Source: Eledone cirrhosa
Lineage: Eukaryota
Direction of reading: 5' to 3'
DNA: 64,000 nucleotides
Assembly: GCA_964016885.1 (NCBI GenBank)
Contig: OZ024740.1
Location: forward strand, 413,478,001 to 413,542,000
The notes under the pieces were generated by a model. That model did not search any database. It was not told the origin of the DNA and saw only the letters and a program-made list of their open reading frames with translations. Of the stretch, positions 44,999-54,959 are shown piece by piece (positions within the stretch are counted from its first letter, which is position 1; every line of letters begins with the position of its first letter). A program made the translations under genes and the position numbers.

Positions 44999-45162
44999 AC
45001 GTATGCATACTTAATTTTATATATCAGCTGTGATAAAGGGTGAAAGCGACCATTTTTTGTTTAAACTTTAATCTGTTCTCATAATAAATAAATAAATATA
45101 TATTTGTATATATATATATATTTATATAGATAGAGAGATAGAGAGATAGAGAGAGAGGGGGG

Positions 45163-45193
<31 letters not shown>

Positions 45194-46735
45194 CATTGTA
45201 TAGTACATTTTCCAAATATAAATAAAATGAGTAGTTCACACTATTTATCTGCAGAAGTGTTTTCATATTTAAGTAATTTTCTCATATTTATAGCATTTGT
45301 GCCTTAAAACATTATTCCCTACATCATAATTTACGGTCATACTTTTTGGCCTATTTTTTTTCTCGCTTCCTTTTAATGAACTAGTATTTCCTAGTCGGAT
45401 ATTTCAATAAGATAGACACGAAATCCACAAAAGTAAAGAAACCTTTCAAATGTGTTGGTGTTTGCTAAATATGATTTATTGAATTACGAAATTTTTAAAA
45501 TCAAATATATGTTTGTATAAAAAAGAGCTTTAAACTAGTTTGGAATCTATGCAAAGTTAGCACGTGAATAATGTTTCTAAAATGAAGTTCTCAAAGTTGT
45601 ATTTTTCATTCAAATGTGAAGTGCATATTCTAAGATATGCAGGATAAATTTATATATTTTAGATATGGTATGGAAATAAATACTATCCTGCTCCATAATA
45701 GCTATAAACTATGCGTGGTACTCTATAGAATTATCAATAAATATAGGTTTTATTTTATATGATATAGGTATATATGTGTTTGTGTGTGGGTGAGTGAGAA
45801 TTGGTGCGCGCGTGTGTGCGTGAGTGTGTGTGTGTGTTTGTATATATACATACAAACACATCCATATTTGAATACATATATATGTGCCTGTTTCATTGTG
45901 TGCAATTATTGTAAAGTATATTTAAATCCCAGATGAACTGATACGTGATTCCAATTTTGTTTCTTGGTTTAAAATGCATACACGTTATATGTATGACATA
46001 AACGTTAAAGAATGACATGGATGTCACGATATCTTCATTTTCCCAAGCTAAATTTACATATACACATTGAATACGTGTGTCTCCTAAAACCTTGTCTCTA
46101 AAGCGACATCACGACGCCTGTGTGAATTCAAAGGCTGCAGTTCTTTACCGTTTTAAAGATTCCAATAATAATATCAGAAAATAATGTATGCATATTCAAT
46201 TAACAAAAGATAAGTCTGTCTATAATGAGGGAAATTTCTTCTCTGACTGAAATATATTCACCGATCCAAGATCGCATATCTCTCACTGCACATATAATTA
46301 TCTTTTTCTTTATGCTGTTAAGTTTTTCATCGTACATTTTACATGATTCAGCTAAAATATACGTCTCTCTTTATACATTAATATTAATTCTACAGATGTT
46401 TTTAAAAATGCTACATGATTTTACAAACCATGCCTTGACTGGGGAATATATTTATTACAGAATCAACGATATTTCTATAATTAAACTTTCGGATCGACAT
46501 TTTGAATGAAAATCAATAGAATAAAACAATTGAAAACGGATGCATGAACTCTAACTGTTCTCAGGTTGTCGTTGAGTTTAACACCAATACCTGGTTCGTG
46601 AGTATATTTAACAAATTACATACTGTGCCAAACGTTGGTGAAACAACTAATCTGATTTCCCCTCAGGGTTGTATGAGCTAAAAATGATCTTGGACACTGC
46701 TCTTCATTCTCTGCCTAAAATATATACATAAACAG

Positions 46736-46737
<2 letters not shown>

Positions 46738-46805
<68 letters not shown>

Positions 46806-47166
46806 GTGTGTGAGAGGTTGTGTGTGTGTATGTATATACATGTGTACAAATATATATATATATTTATGTATATATATATATGTGAATTAGTTTAGCGAGG
46901 TTTTTTATATGAAATCGTGTGTCGAAACAAATATTGTTATACTGCAACGAAAGATTTATGTAAACTATATATATGTGTTTGTGTCTATATTGTATGTGTA
47001 TTATTTTTGACCGTCGGTCAGTCAATGGCAACATTGAGGACCGATTAAGTTAGATCGCAGATATAAAAGACAGCGAGAAGCGAAAACCAACCAAACAGTG
47101 AGTGTGTTCTGTTATTAATTCTGGCAATATTACACAAATATGACCCTCCCCAAGTATAACAATATA

Positions 47167-47231
<65 letters not shown>

Positions 47232-47320
47232 ATATATATATACATATGTCTGTGTGTGTATATATACATATATATATATATACACGTATATATATAGATA
47301 TATATAGATATATGTACATG

Positions 47321-47364
<44 letters not shown>

Positions 47365-47895
47365 AAAATCTGCCAGGAGGTTCATAATTAACATACCATG
47401 TACTGTTATACCCTCACCATTCTACATAAAATCATTAGAACTTATCTTTTCACCACAATTGTTTGCTTTAATCTTGTTTTACCTGCATGCTAATATTTGT
47501 ATGATTTCTGTTGTTTGTTTTCAACTCTTCTCATTTTTTAGATCATTTGCGGTCCATTTATGAATGAATTAAAAACCTCCAACTAAGAGTAATATAGATA
47601 GAGAAGGTAGACCTAAATGACCTCAACTTGTAATACGTTAAGAATATGCTTCGGTGCTTTATGAGCAATACTATAGAAAGAATCTGGAAATAATTGGACG
47701 TCGAAGAAAATAATTTAAGAAAATCGGTAGATTGTGTGTGTGTGCGTGTGTGTCTGTGTGTGCGTGTGTGTGCGTGTGTGTGCGTGTGTGAGGGTGTGTG
47801 TATGCTTGTGTGTGTGTGTGTGTGTATGTTCGTGTGTTTATAACTTTAGAATTAGTTTACCTTAGTAACTTCTTTGTGCATGTATATATATGTGC

Positions 47896-47983
<88 letters not shown>

Positions 47984-48052
47984 GTTTGTGTGTATGTTTG
48001 TGTTTGTGTATGTGTGCATATATATATGTGTGCATATATGTATATATATATA

Positions 48053-48082
<30 letters not shown>
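46738..48082. repeat. Cluster of (CA)n, (TA)n and (TG)n microsatellites with unique spacers
   Basis: Tracts at ~46738-46805, 47163-47362 and 47733-48082. Confidence 0.9.
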
Positions 48083-48083
<1 letters not shown>

Positions 48084-48168
48084 GGTACGTTATTCCGGGT
48101 TGAATCGGAGGTAACCACAGTAAGTAAGGTACTCAATACATTGCAGAATATAAAAGTTTTAATATAGA

Positions 48169-48222
48169 TGAGATTCTACAGGACTAGAACTGTTTCATTC
48201 TTTAGAAATCATCAGGAATCTC
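48169..48222 (-). ncRNA. Type I hammerhead ribozyme motif (left arm)
   Basis: The minus strand reads GAGATTC-CTGATGA-T-TTCT-AA-AGAA-T-GAAA-CAG-TTCTAGTC-CTG-TA-GAATCTC. Stem I is a perfect 7 bp, the core is intact and the triplet is GUA. Confidence 0.75.
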
Positions 48223-48223
48223 T

Positions 48224-48277
48224 GAGATTACTGATGATTTCTAAAGAATGAAACAGTTCTAGTCCTGTAGAATCTCA
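48224..48277 (+). ncRNA. Type I hammerhead ribozyme motif (right arm)
   Basis: Same motif on the plus strand, with one mismatch in stem I next to the core (GAGATTA). Confidence 0.65.
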
Positions 48278-48339
<62 letters not shown>

Positions 48340-48837
48340 GTTTGTGTGTGTGTTCCATATACTACATATCAACACAGAGGCCTGAATGCTTAGACAAACA
48401 AAATTATCTCTTTGTGTGGAATGCACTGGATAATTGAGTATCTATTTTGCAAATACAAGAGTAAATGTACCTAATAATCAATAAGCAAGCTATCAATAGA
48501 TTGAATCGGCGATAAGTACAATGCTGTCTTCGTGTGGGAATATAAATTTCAACTTTTCGGTAGTTATGCCGAAGCTCATTCTCTTCAACAATTTACGTTC
48601 TTAGATAGTTCGAAAAAAATCTGTATAAACTAAACTGATTCACCTGATAATCTATCATTATCGTGTCAACAAGTGAGACACAACACATGTTGCAGTGTTG
48701 AAACAGTGCAAATATTGTGAGAAACTTTAGGCTTTAAAACAAAAGAATGCATTGAAAATGTAATTTATGTATATTGACAGATAGGTAAGTGTTTTAAACT
48801 ACCGAGAATTATAAAGTAATCGGGTCATCATCATCGT

Positions 48838-48839
48838 TT

Positions 48840-48870
<31 letters not shown>

Positions 48871-48884
48871 TTATTATTATTATT
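48838..48884. repeat. (TTC)n(TTA)n microsatellite flanking the Tx1 5' end
   Basis: Read directly from the sequence. Confidence 0.95.
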
Positions 48885-49099
48885 GAATGCCATGGTTGAC
48901 GGAGGCTCGGCTCTGTAAGGTATAGTAATTTTTAACCGTTAAAACAATTGTAAATTGTTTAAAACTTGAACCAAATTGTTGATAAAGACACCCTCCTCCT
49001 CGTGAGAGGGGTCTTTCTGTCCGTTATTTGGCCCTTCGGGGTTAAATAACCGGTTATTGGGGTTTTGTACCCAAAATTTCATTTTAAACAAAAAACAAC

Positions 49100-51196
49100 A
49101 TGGCTACGAAAAAGAAATTTCATACGTCACTCCCACTCATTCCGTCTTCTTCTTCCTCAATCATCACTACAGCAGAGAGAAGATTGTCTCTCTCCCTCCC
49201 TTCTTTAAATGTGTCTCTCTCCCTCCCTTCTCTTTCGCAAGTGACGAAAGAAAAGAAAAGTCTCGTGCAAAGCGTGCAAGGTTTCTCCACGACGACGACG
49301 ACAGCGACGAAACAGGTGTGCGGGAAATACGAAAACCCAGTTCATTCGTCTGACGTCAGGAATAATAGCAGTAGCAGCCGTAATAACAACTGCAACAGTG
49401 ACAATGAAAACAACAGTAGCAGCCGCAACAGCATCACCAGCAGCATAAACAACAACAGCATTAGCAGCAGCAACACCAACAACAACCACAGCAACAGCGG
49501 CGGAGGCAGTAGTCGTAGTACCTGCAGCAACAACAAAAGTACCAGCAGCTCTGACGACAACAACAACAGCAGAGAAAAACCAATCTCATTTGCAGGTATT
49601 GCGAAAAACTTGGAAACAATCCTCATAACAAATGAGGAATTAGAGGAAGCGAAGAAGATGGTGACAAAGAACGGACACCGAGCAATCTGCAAGGCAGCGG
49701 AAAAATTTTTCAAAACCCAAGAGCACTGTACGGTCACGTACCGTACAGTAAGTACAAAATCCCGTAGGGTGGAAAGAGCTACAGAGGCCCAAATACAAAA
49801 AGCCTTGGGGTCTGTGTGGCAGCGGAAAACGCACATCACCCGAGGCAAAAAATATGCCACCGTAGACGTACTTTTTGCCACACCCCAGGAGGCAAAGGCC
49901 CAATCAGTAGTGACCCTAAGGAGCGAGGAAATGGTGTTGGTGCCCTCCTACTGCGGGCAAAAAATTGTGAGGGTCAAACTGACCCACGTCCCCCCCGGAA
50001 TGACCCCTTCTTGGCTGGCCGCGTCTGTCCTAATCGGAATCGAGGACAAAACAACTGTACTGCAAGTACAGAAAAAAGTAAGAGAAGATTGGGTCGGCTC
50101 CTCCATTGAGATGCTAATCCAAACCAACCAGGAGTGCATCGAAGCTATCCCGGATGTGATAGACTTCGATAACGGCACTCAACTGCCCATAAGTGTTGAG
50201 GGCAAACGCCCGAAATGCTTTCGCTGTGGATCGAAGACTCACCTCAGGGCCTTCTGCAACGAGAAGACCCTGAGAAAGGAGAAAACCCCCCTCCTTCCGA
50301 ATCCGGCTCCACGGCTACCAGCAACAGGACAAGCGGCAACCAGGAACGATAGGTCCGTGGCACCCATACCCACTCCACGGAAATCAAAGACAGCAGCAGC
50401 AGTGGAAATATTAACAACAACAACAGCAATACCAAATGCAGCTGCAACAGAGACTCCAGTGCAAACATCACCAACAACAACAAGTGAAAGAGTGGAGCTG
50501 GTACCCCTCCCCGACCTTACAGAATCAGACATGGAGTGTGAGGTGGGAGAGGGATGGCAAAAGGTCGCAAGAAGGCACAAACGCAGAAGCAGCGCATCGT
50601 CGCCTTTGAAAAGGGAGGAAAGAAATGAGAAAAGGGTAAAGTCTACTGCAAAGAGACCCACAGCAGCAACACCACCAACACCATCACCACCCACACCAGC
50701 ACCACCATCACCACCGGCGACAACCCCACCGCCAACAACACCTTCAACACCACCACCACAAGCACCAACATCGCAAACACAACAACAAAACACACACACC
50801 CAGCAACAACGACAAGAAAATAGCAGAACCACACCCCACCCCCAGAAAAACAAATGCACGGCAATAAACACACACAACAAGAAACTAATGACTTACATAA
50901 TTGAACACACAGACATTTCACAACAGGACTACATAATACCAGCACCAATCAAAACGCCAACTAACATAAGACTGCTAAAAATAGCACAGAAACAATACAC
51001 AAACATTAAAACGAAATTCCCCAACGCAGTTGGTGATTTCAGGGACCTAGGAGGAACCATCAATCGAAGAGTATATTCAGACATTCTCTTAGAAGAGCCG
51101 ACGACCAGCCGAAGGGACGATTCAACGGTCCCTTCACCAGACGATCAAGTGAAAAGGGATGTAAAAACCATCCCTCCTCTACCAAAAGTACGGTAA
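49100..51196 (+). CDS. LINE ORF1, gag-like nucleic-acid-binding protein (698 aa)
   Basis: Single CX2CX4HX4C knuckle (CFRCGSKTHLRAFC), N/S-rich and P/T-rich low-complexity tracts and a GWQKVARR motif. It lies 35 nt upstream of ORF2. Confidence 0.9.
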   Translation: MATKKKFHTSLPLIPSSSSSIITTAERRLSLSLPSLNVSLSLPSLSQVTKEKKSLVQSVQGFSTTTTTATKQVCGKYENPVHSSDVRNNSSSSRNNNCNSDNENNSSSRNSITSSINNNSISSSNTNNNHSNSGGGSSRSTCSNNKSTSSSDDNNNSREKPISFAGIAKNLETILITNEELEEAKKMVTKNGHRAICKAAEKFFKTQEHCTVTYRTVSTKSRRVERATEAQIQKALGSVWQRKTHITRGKKYATVDVLFATPQEAKAQSVVTLRSEEMVLVPSYCGQKIVRVKLTHVPPGMTPSWLAASVLIGIEDKTTVLQVQKKVREDWVGSSIEMLIQTNQECIEAIPDVIDFDNGTQLPISVEGKRPKCFRCGSKTHLRAFCNEKTLRKEKTPLLPNPAPRLPATGQAATRNDRSVAPIPTPRKSKTAAAVEILTTTTAIPNAAATETPVQTSPTTTSERVELVPLPDLTESDMECEVGEGWQKVARRHKRRSSASSPLKREERNEKRVKSTAKRPTAATPPTPSPPTPAPPSPPATTPPPTTPSTPPPQAPTSQTQQQNTHTQQQRQENSRTTPHPQKNKCTAINTHNKKLMTYIIEHTDISQQDYIIPAPIKTPTNIRLLKIAQKQYTNIKTKFPNAVGDFRDLGGTINRRVYSDILLEEPTTSRRDDSTVPSPDDQVKRDVKTIPPLPKVR

Positions 51197-51231
51197 GTGG
51201 TCTTTCCCATCTTTTCCACTCTATTTTAAAC

Positions 51232-54200
51232 ATGACCTCACTCAGAATAGGCAGCATAAATGCGCGTGGCTTGGGGTCGTCATGGAAGCAGGGTCACCTG
51301 CTCAACGACCTCAGGTCACTAAACATAGATGTAGTGGCCATCAGCGAGACCAGAATCTCCGAAGCACGGGCCTTCGCACCGATCTTCGGCGGCTACGATG
51401 TGTACGCATCTCCCAGCCGTCCTGGATCGGGTGGAGGAGTTGCTGTGCTTTTTCGGAGAGGTTTGGATCTCGCCATACGGGCCATCTTCCTGGACCCAGA
51501 GGGTAAGCTGGTGGTGCTGGACGTGACCAGCGGAGACGGGCAAGCTTTCAGGCTAGTGGCCGTCTATGCCCCGACAGGAGCAGGGCGGCCTGATTTCTTG
51601 CGGGATCTGGAGACCTTTCTTGAAACGTCCCGCTCTTTAGTGTTAGTGGGCGACTGGAACGGGATCTTAGATGCACGCTGGGACTGTGTGGGATTAGCGG
51701 ATAGGGGTGGAGGGTGCAAGAGCCTCACCAACCTGCTCAGGCGTTTTGAACTGTCTGACAGGTACCGATTGGATTTCCCGAATGTGCCAATGTGGACTTG
51801 GACAAACCGCATAGGGTCATCCAGATCATATCTAGATAGAGTATTTTGTAGGGAAATAGATAGGTCTAGCATAGGCTGTCCACAATTCAAGATAGTCAGC
51901 TACACGGACCACAAATTCGTGACCTGTGTGCTTGACTTAGATAGGCTTCATAGACGAGGACCCGGCTACTGGAAGCTAAACGCGTCCTTACCAGCGCGCA
52001 AGGCCTACAGAGACCGGATTAGCGAACTAGTTAAGCGGGCGTTGACGGGGGCCATCGTCAACAACAAGTGGTGGTTTGCTCTGAAAAGAGCGATTAGAAT
52101 AGAATCGATTAGGTTTAGTAAGGCTTTAGCAATAGAGAAAAATAGAGCAGAGGGAGAACTAGTTAGAAAATTAGACGAGGCGCTTAGCAAAGGCATTGCG
52201 ACCGACGTGCTTGCGGCGAAATTGGCCCTTGACCAATTCTTCAATGCAAAGCACGAAGGCTGCGTTGTCAGAGCTAGGGTGCGTGCTCTCAGACACGAGG
52301 GGACGAAAGCCGTTCAATGGGCCCGAGTGGCGGAGGCGCGTCGTGGAAACAAAGCCACGATCCGGTCTTTGGTGGACCACGACGGGCGCATGCTACTCGA
52401 TCCCGGGCAAATGTGTGAAGCTTTTCAGCGACACTTCGCTCAGCTGTTCGGGGGCAGCGGGGGGCCGGGTAGAGGGATGGACTTTAGTGTCTACCTCGAC
52501 GGACTGCCGCGGCTCTCGGCCACTGAGGCGAGGTGTTGCGAAAAGCCGATAACAGCCGCTGAAGTACGGGAGGCAATGACTGGCTGCACAAGGGGTAAAT
52601 CGCCTGGTTTGGATGGTCTGCCCTATGAACTTTACGTACAGATGCCAGACTTGTTCGGAGGCCTCTTGGCGGACGTCTACTGCAACTGGCAACAGAACGG
52701 GAGAATTCCCAGTTCTGTGAGCCGAGGAGCGGTGGCACTGCTGAGAAAGGATCCGAACAAGGGGGATAACATAGACAATTTCCGGCCCATAACTCTGCTA
52801 AACACAGAGTTTAAGATTTTGGCCAAGGTGCTAGCAAAGAGGTTGGCGCTTGTCGTTGGTGGTCTGGTGGGAGAGGCGCAGACATGCGCCATTCCCGACA
52901 GATCCATCCACGACAACCTCCACCTCATGCGATACATCGTAGATAGGGTAGCTAGGGAACCTGGCACGGGTGGGTCCTTGATCAATTTAAATCAGTCGAA
53001 AGCTTTCGATAGGGTCGACCATCGTTACCTAGCGGCAGTCCTGAGGGCGGCTGGCTTTGGGCCCGTCTTCAGAGGCTGGATCGCTGCCATGCACAGCGAC
53101 ATCTGCTCTGTGGTGAGAGTGAACGGTCACCTGTCGGAACCGTTCAACATCATGCGCTCGGTCCGCCAAGGATGTCCCCTCTCGTCCCTCTTGTACGTAT
53201 TGACTCTCGAGCCATTACTGCACAAACTGGAGACGTTGAGGGGAGTCCCGCGCGAACTAGGATGCGGAAGATCCGTGTCAGCATATGCGGACGATGTCAC
53301 CGTAGTGGTGTCGAACGCCAAACACATCGAGGCGATCGGCACTACACTAAGAGAATACGAAGCGGTGACAGGAGCAATGATCAACCAGGAAAAGTCAGTG
53401 GGCCTGCAGCTCGGCACCTGGAGAGGCAGGTCCATGCCGTCCAACAGCGTTGTCGGGCGCTGGACGGACGGACCGGTTAAATTGCTAGGGGTCTGGTTCG
53501 GTCCGGACCTCCAGACGGACAAAAACTGGGACGAGGTGACGAGCAGGGTGGCTTCTCTCACCCAGAAATGGGCGGAGAGGAAGCTATCCCTGAAAGGTCG
53601 AGCGGAGGTGGCTAACGCGTACATCGCGTCTGTCATCTGCTACCGCCTAACCGTCGTACCTTGTCCTAAGCCTCGCCTGACTGCGCTGGAGCGTTTGCTC
53701 TTTCGCTTTTTGTGGAAGGGACGTGCTCCGATGGTCAGGCGGTCCATCTGTTGTCAACACCCGCTACGTGGAGGGCTGGGCATGCCGTGGCTGATGATGC
53801 GCAGGCACGCACTCAGGCTACGACATCTCCACCTCTTCCTCGACGGTGATCAGGTGTGGTCGCCGTTTGCTAGACGCGTTTTTCCCCAGCTCGTTTCCTT
53901 GACGGAGCTGCAGTCCTGGGTCAAGCGAAGACCGAGAGGGAGCGCCTGGAGACTGGAATGTCTTCAGGCGCTCACAGCCCTCGACCAATCGGGCAATGTG
54001 ATCGGTGGAAACTCCACCTCGGCGTTCTATAGAGGATTAGTGGAGGGGAAGAGCGACGACGTACTTGGAGAAACTCTAGGCGTCGACGAAAATCAACTAG
54101 CCAATCTCTTCGGGAGAACTTTCGGGCCAGGGCCTATGGACAACTTCCAGAAATCTCTGGCCTGGCAGTGCTACCGAGGAGCCTTGCCAGTTCGGGATAA

Positions 54201-54651
54201 ACTCTACAGGCATGGAGGTGCCGTCAGCCGGGCATGTCCGAGATGCGCGCAGGGCGACGAAACCGTCCTGCACGCACTCGTCCAGTGTCCGAAAATTGCT
54301 GACTTGTGGGTTTATGTCGAACACCTGCTGTCGCGTTTAGGACGGATCCAGCTATCATCTGAGTCTATCGTGAGGATTGCCCCGCCCTCCTCCTTTAGCC
54401 GGGAAGGGCAGGCAGTTTTTATCTGTCTGGTGGCCATGGCGAAAGAGATAGTATGGTGGACACGTTTGAAAGGGCTGAAGACGAGCACTTACCTCTTCGG
54501 TGATGCTCTGATTGACTTTTTCAAATTTCATTTGAAAAGGAAAATCAGAGTAGAGAAGGAAGTGCTCTCTTCCCAGCATTTTGTTGAAAGATGGGTGAGA
54601 GAAGCAAGAATGGCCCGAGTGAATGGGCCGACTCTGAGTATATATCTGTAA
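51232..54651 (+). CDS. LINE ORF2: APE endonuclease, reverse transcriptase and C-terminal CCHC (1139 aa)
   Basis: EN motifs: SINARGL, ISET, VYAP, GDWN, YLDRV, TDH. RT motifs: KSPGLDG, FRPITLLN, SKAFDRV, RQGCPLS, YADD. C-terminal CPRC...ETVLHALVQC. Confidence 0.97.
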   Translation: MTSLRIGSINARGLGSSWKQGHLLNDLRSLNIDVVAISETRISEARAFAPIFGGYDVYASPSRPGSGGGVAVLFRRGLDLAIRAIFLDPEGKLVVLDVTSGDGQAFRLVAVYAPTGAGRPDFLRDLETFLETSRSLVLVGDWNGILDARWDCVGLADRGGGCKSLTNLLRRFELSDRYRLDFPNVPMWTWTNRIGSSRSYLDRVFCREIDRSSIGCPQFKIVSYTDHKFVTCVLDLDRLHRRGPGYWKLNASLPARKAYRDRISELVKRALTGAIVNNKWWFALKRAIRIESIRFSKALAIEKNRAEGELVRKLDEALSKGIATDVLAAKLALDQFFNAKHEGCVVRARVRALRHEGTKAVQWARVAEARRGNKATIRSLVDHDGRMLLDPGQMCEAFQRHFAQLFGGSGGPGRGMDFSVYLDGLPRLSATEARCCEKPITAAEVREAMTGCTRGKSPGLDGLPYELYVQMPDLFGGLLADVYCNWQQNGRIPSSVSRGAVALLRKDPNKGDNIDNFRPITLLNTEFKILAKVLAKRLALVVGGLVGEAQTCAIPDRSIHDNLHLMRYIVDRVAREPGTGGSLINLNQSKAFDRVDHRYLAAVLRAAGFGPVFRGWIAAMHSDICSVVRVNGHLSEPFNIMRSVRQGCPLSSLLYVLTLEPLLHKLETLRGVPRELGCGRSVSAYADDVTVVVSNAKHIEAIGTTLREYEAVTGAMINQEKSVGLQLGTWRGRSMPSNSVVGRWTDGPVKLLGVWFGPDLQTDKNWDEVTSRVASLTQKWAERKLSLKGRAEVANAYIASVICYRLTVVPCPKPRLTALERLLFRFLWKGRAPMVRRSICCQHPLRGGLGMPWLMMRRHALRLRHLHLFLDGDQVWSPFARRVFPQLVSLTELQSWVKRRPRGSAWRLECLQALTALDQSGNVIGGNSTSAFYRGLVEGKSDDVLGETLGVDENQLANLFGRTFGPGPMDNFQKSLAWQCYRGALPVRDKLYRHGGAVSRACPRCAQGDETVLHALVQCPKIADLWVYVEHLLSRLGRIQLSSESIVRIAPPSSFSREGQAVFICLVAMAKEIVWWTRLKGLKTSTYLFGDALIDFFKFHLKRKIRVEKEVLSSQHFVERWVREARMARVNGPTLSIYL

Positions 54652-54910
54652 ACTAAAGGTGGAAAACTGGGAGAGGGCACTTGCCTTGGTGGTCAGGGTC
54701 ATTGTGGCTTTTTACTGGGCTTTCTCCACAAATGTCCCTCCGAAGTCTCCCCCCTATTGGGGAATTTTTCATTGTTATTTTCATTGTTATTTTTGTTACA
54801 TCCTCTGTTTTTTTTTTTTACACGCAGAAATGCCCATTTGTACCGTCCTGCATTGTCCTGCACTGTCCTTAATGTCTACTTTATGTAAACCCTTGTGGTT
54901 AATAAAGAAA

Positions 54911-54912
<2 letters not shown>

Positions 54913-54958
<46 letters not shown>
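54913..54958. repeat. (ATT)n tract shared by the convergent 3' ends of Tx1 and R4/Dong copy A
   Basis: Read directly from the sequence. Confidence 0.95.

Positions 54959-54959
<1 letters not shown>

Larger units (their letters stand above)
48160..48286. repeat. 127-nt near-perfect palindrome (foldback)
   Basis: 48160-48222 is the reverse complement of 48224-48286, with one mismatch (48216/48230) and a 1-nt centre. Confidence 0.97.
48885..54912 (+). mobile_element. Full-length Tx1/L1-clade LINE inserted in (TTA)n
   Basis: It has a 5' UTR, ORF1 and ORF2. The 3' UTR ends AATAAAGAAATC, and ATT repeats flank both sides. Confidence 0.92.

Noticed and set aside
47024-47070. Hammerhead-like TTGAGGA-CCGAT...ATCG
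   Set aside because: Both the CUGA and GAAA core boxes are mismatched.
49205-54702. Antisense and alternate-frame ORFs inside the Tx1 element
   Set aside because: They are shadows of GC-rich ORF1/ORF2 with no independent motifs.
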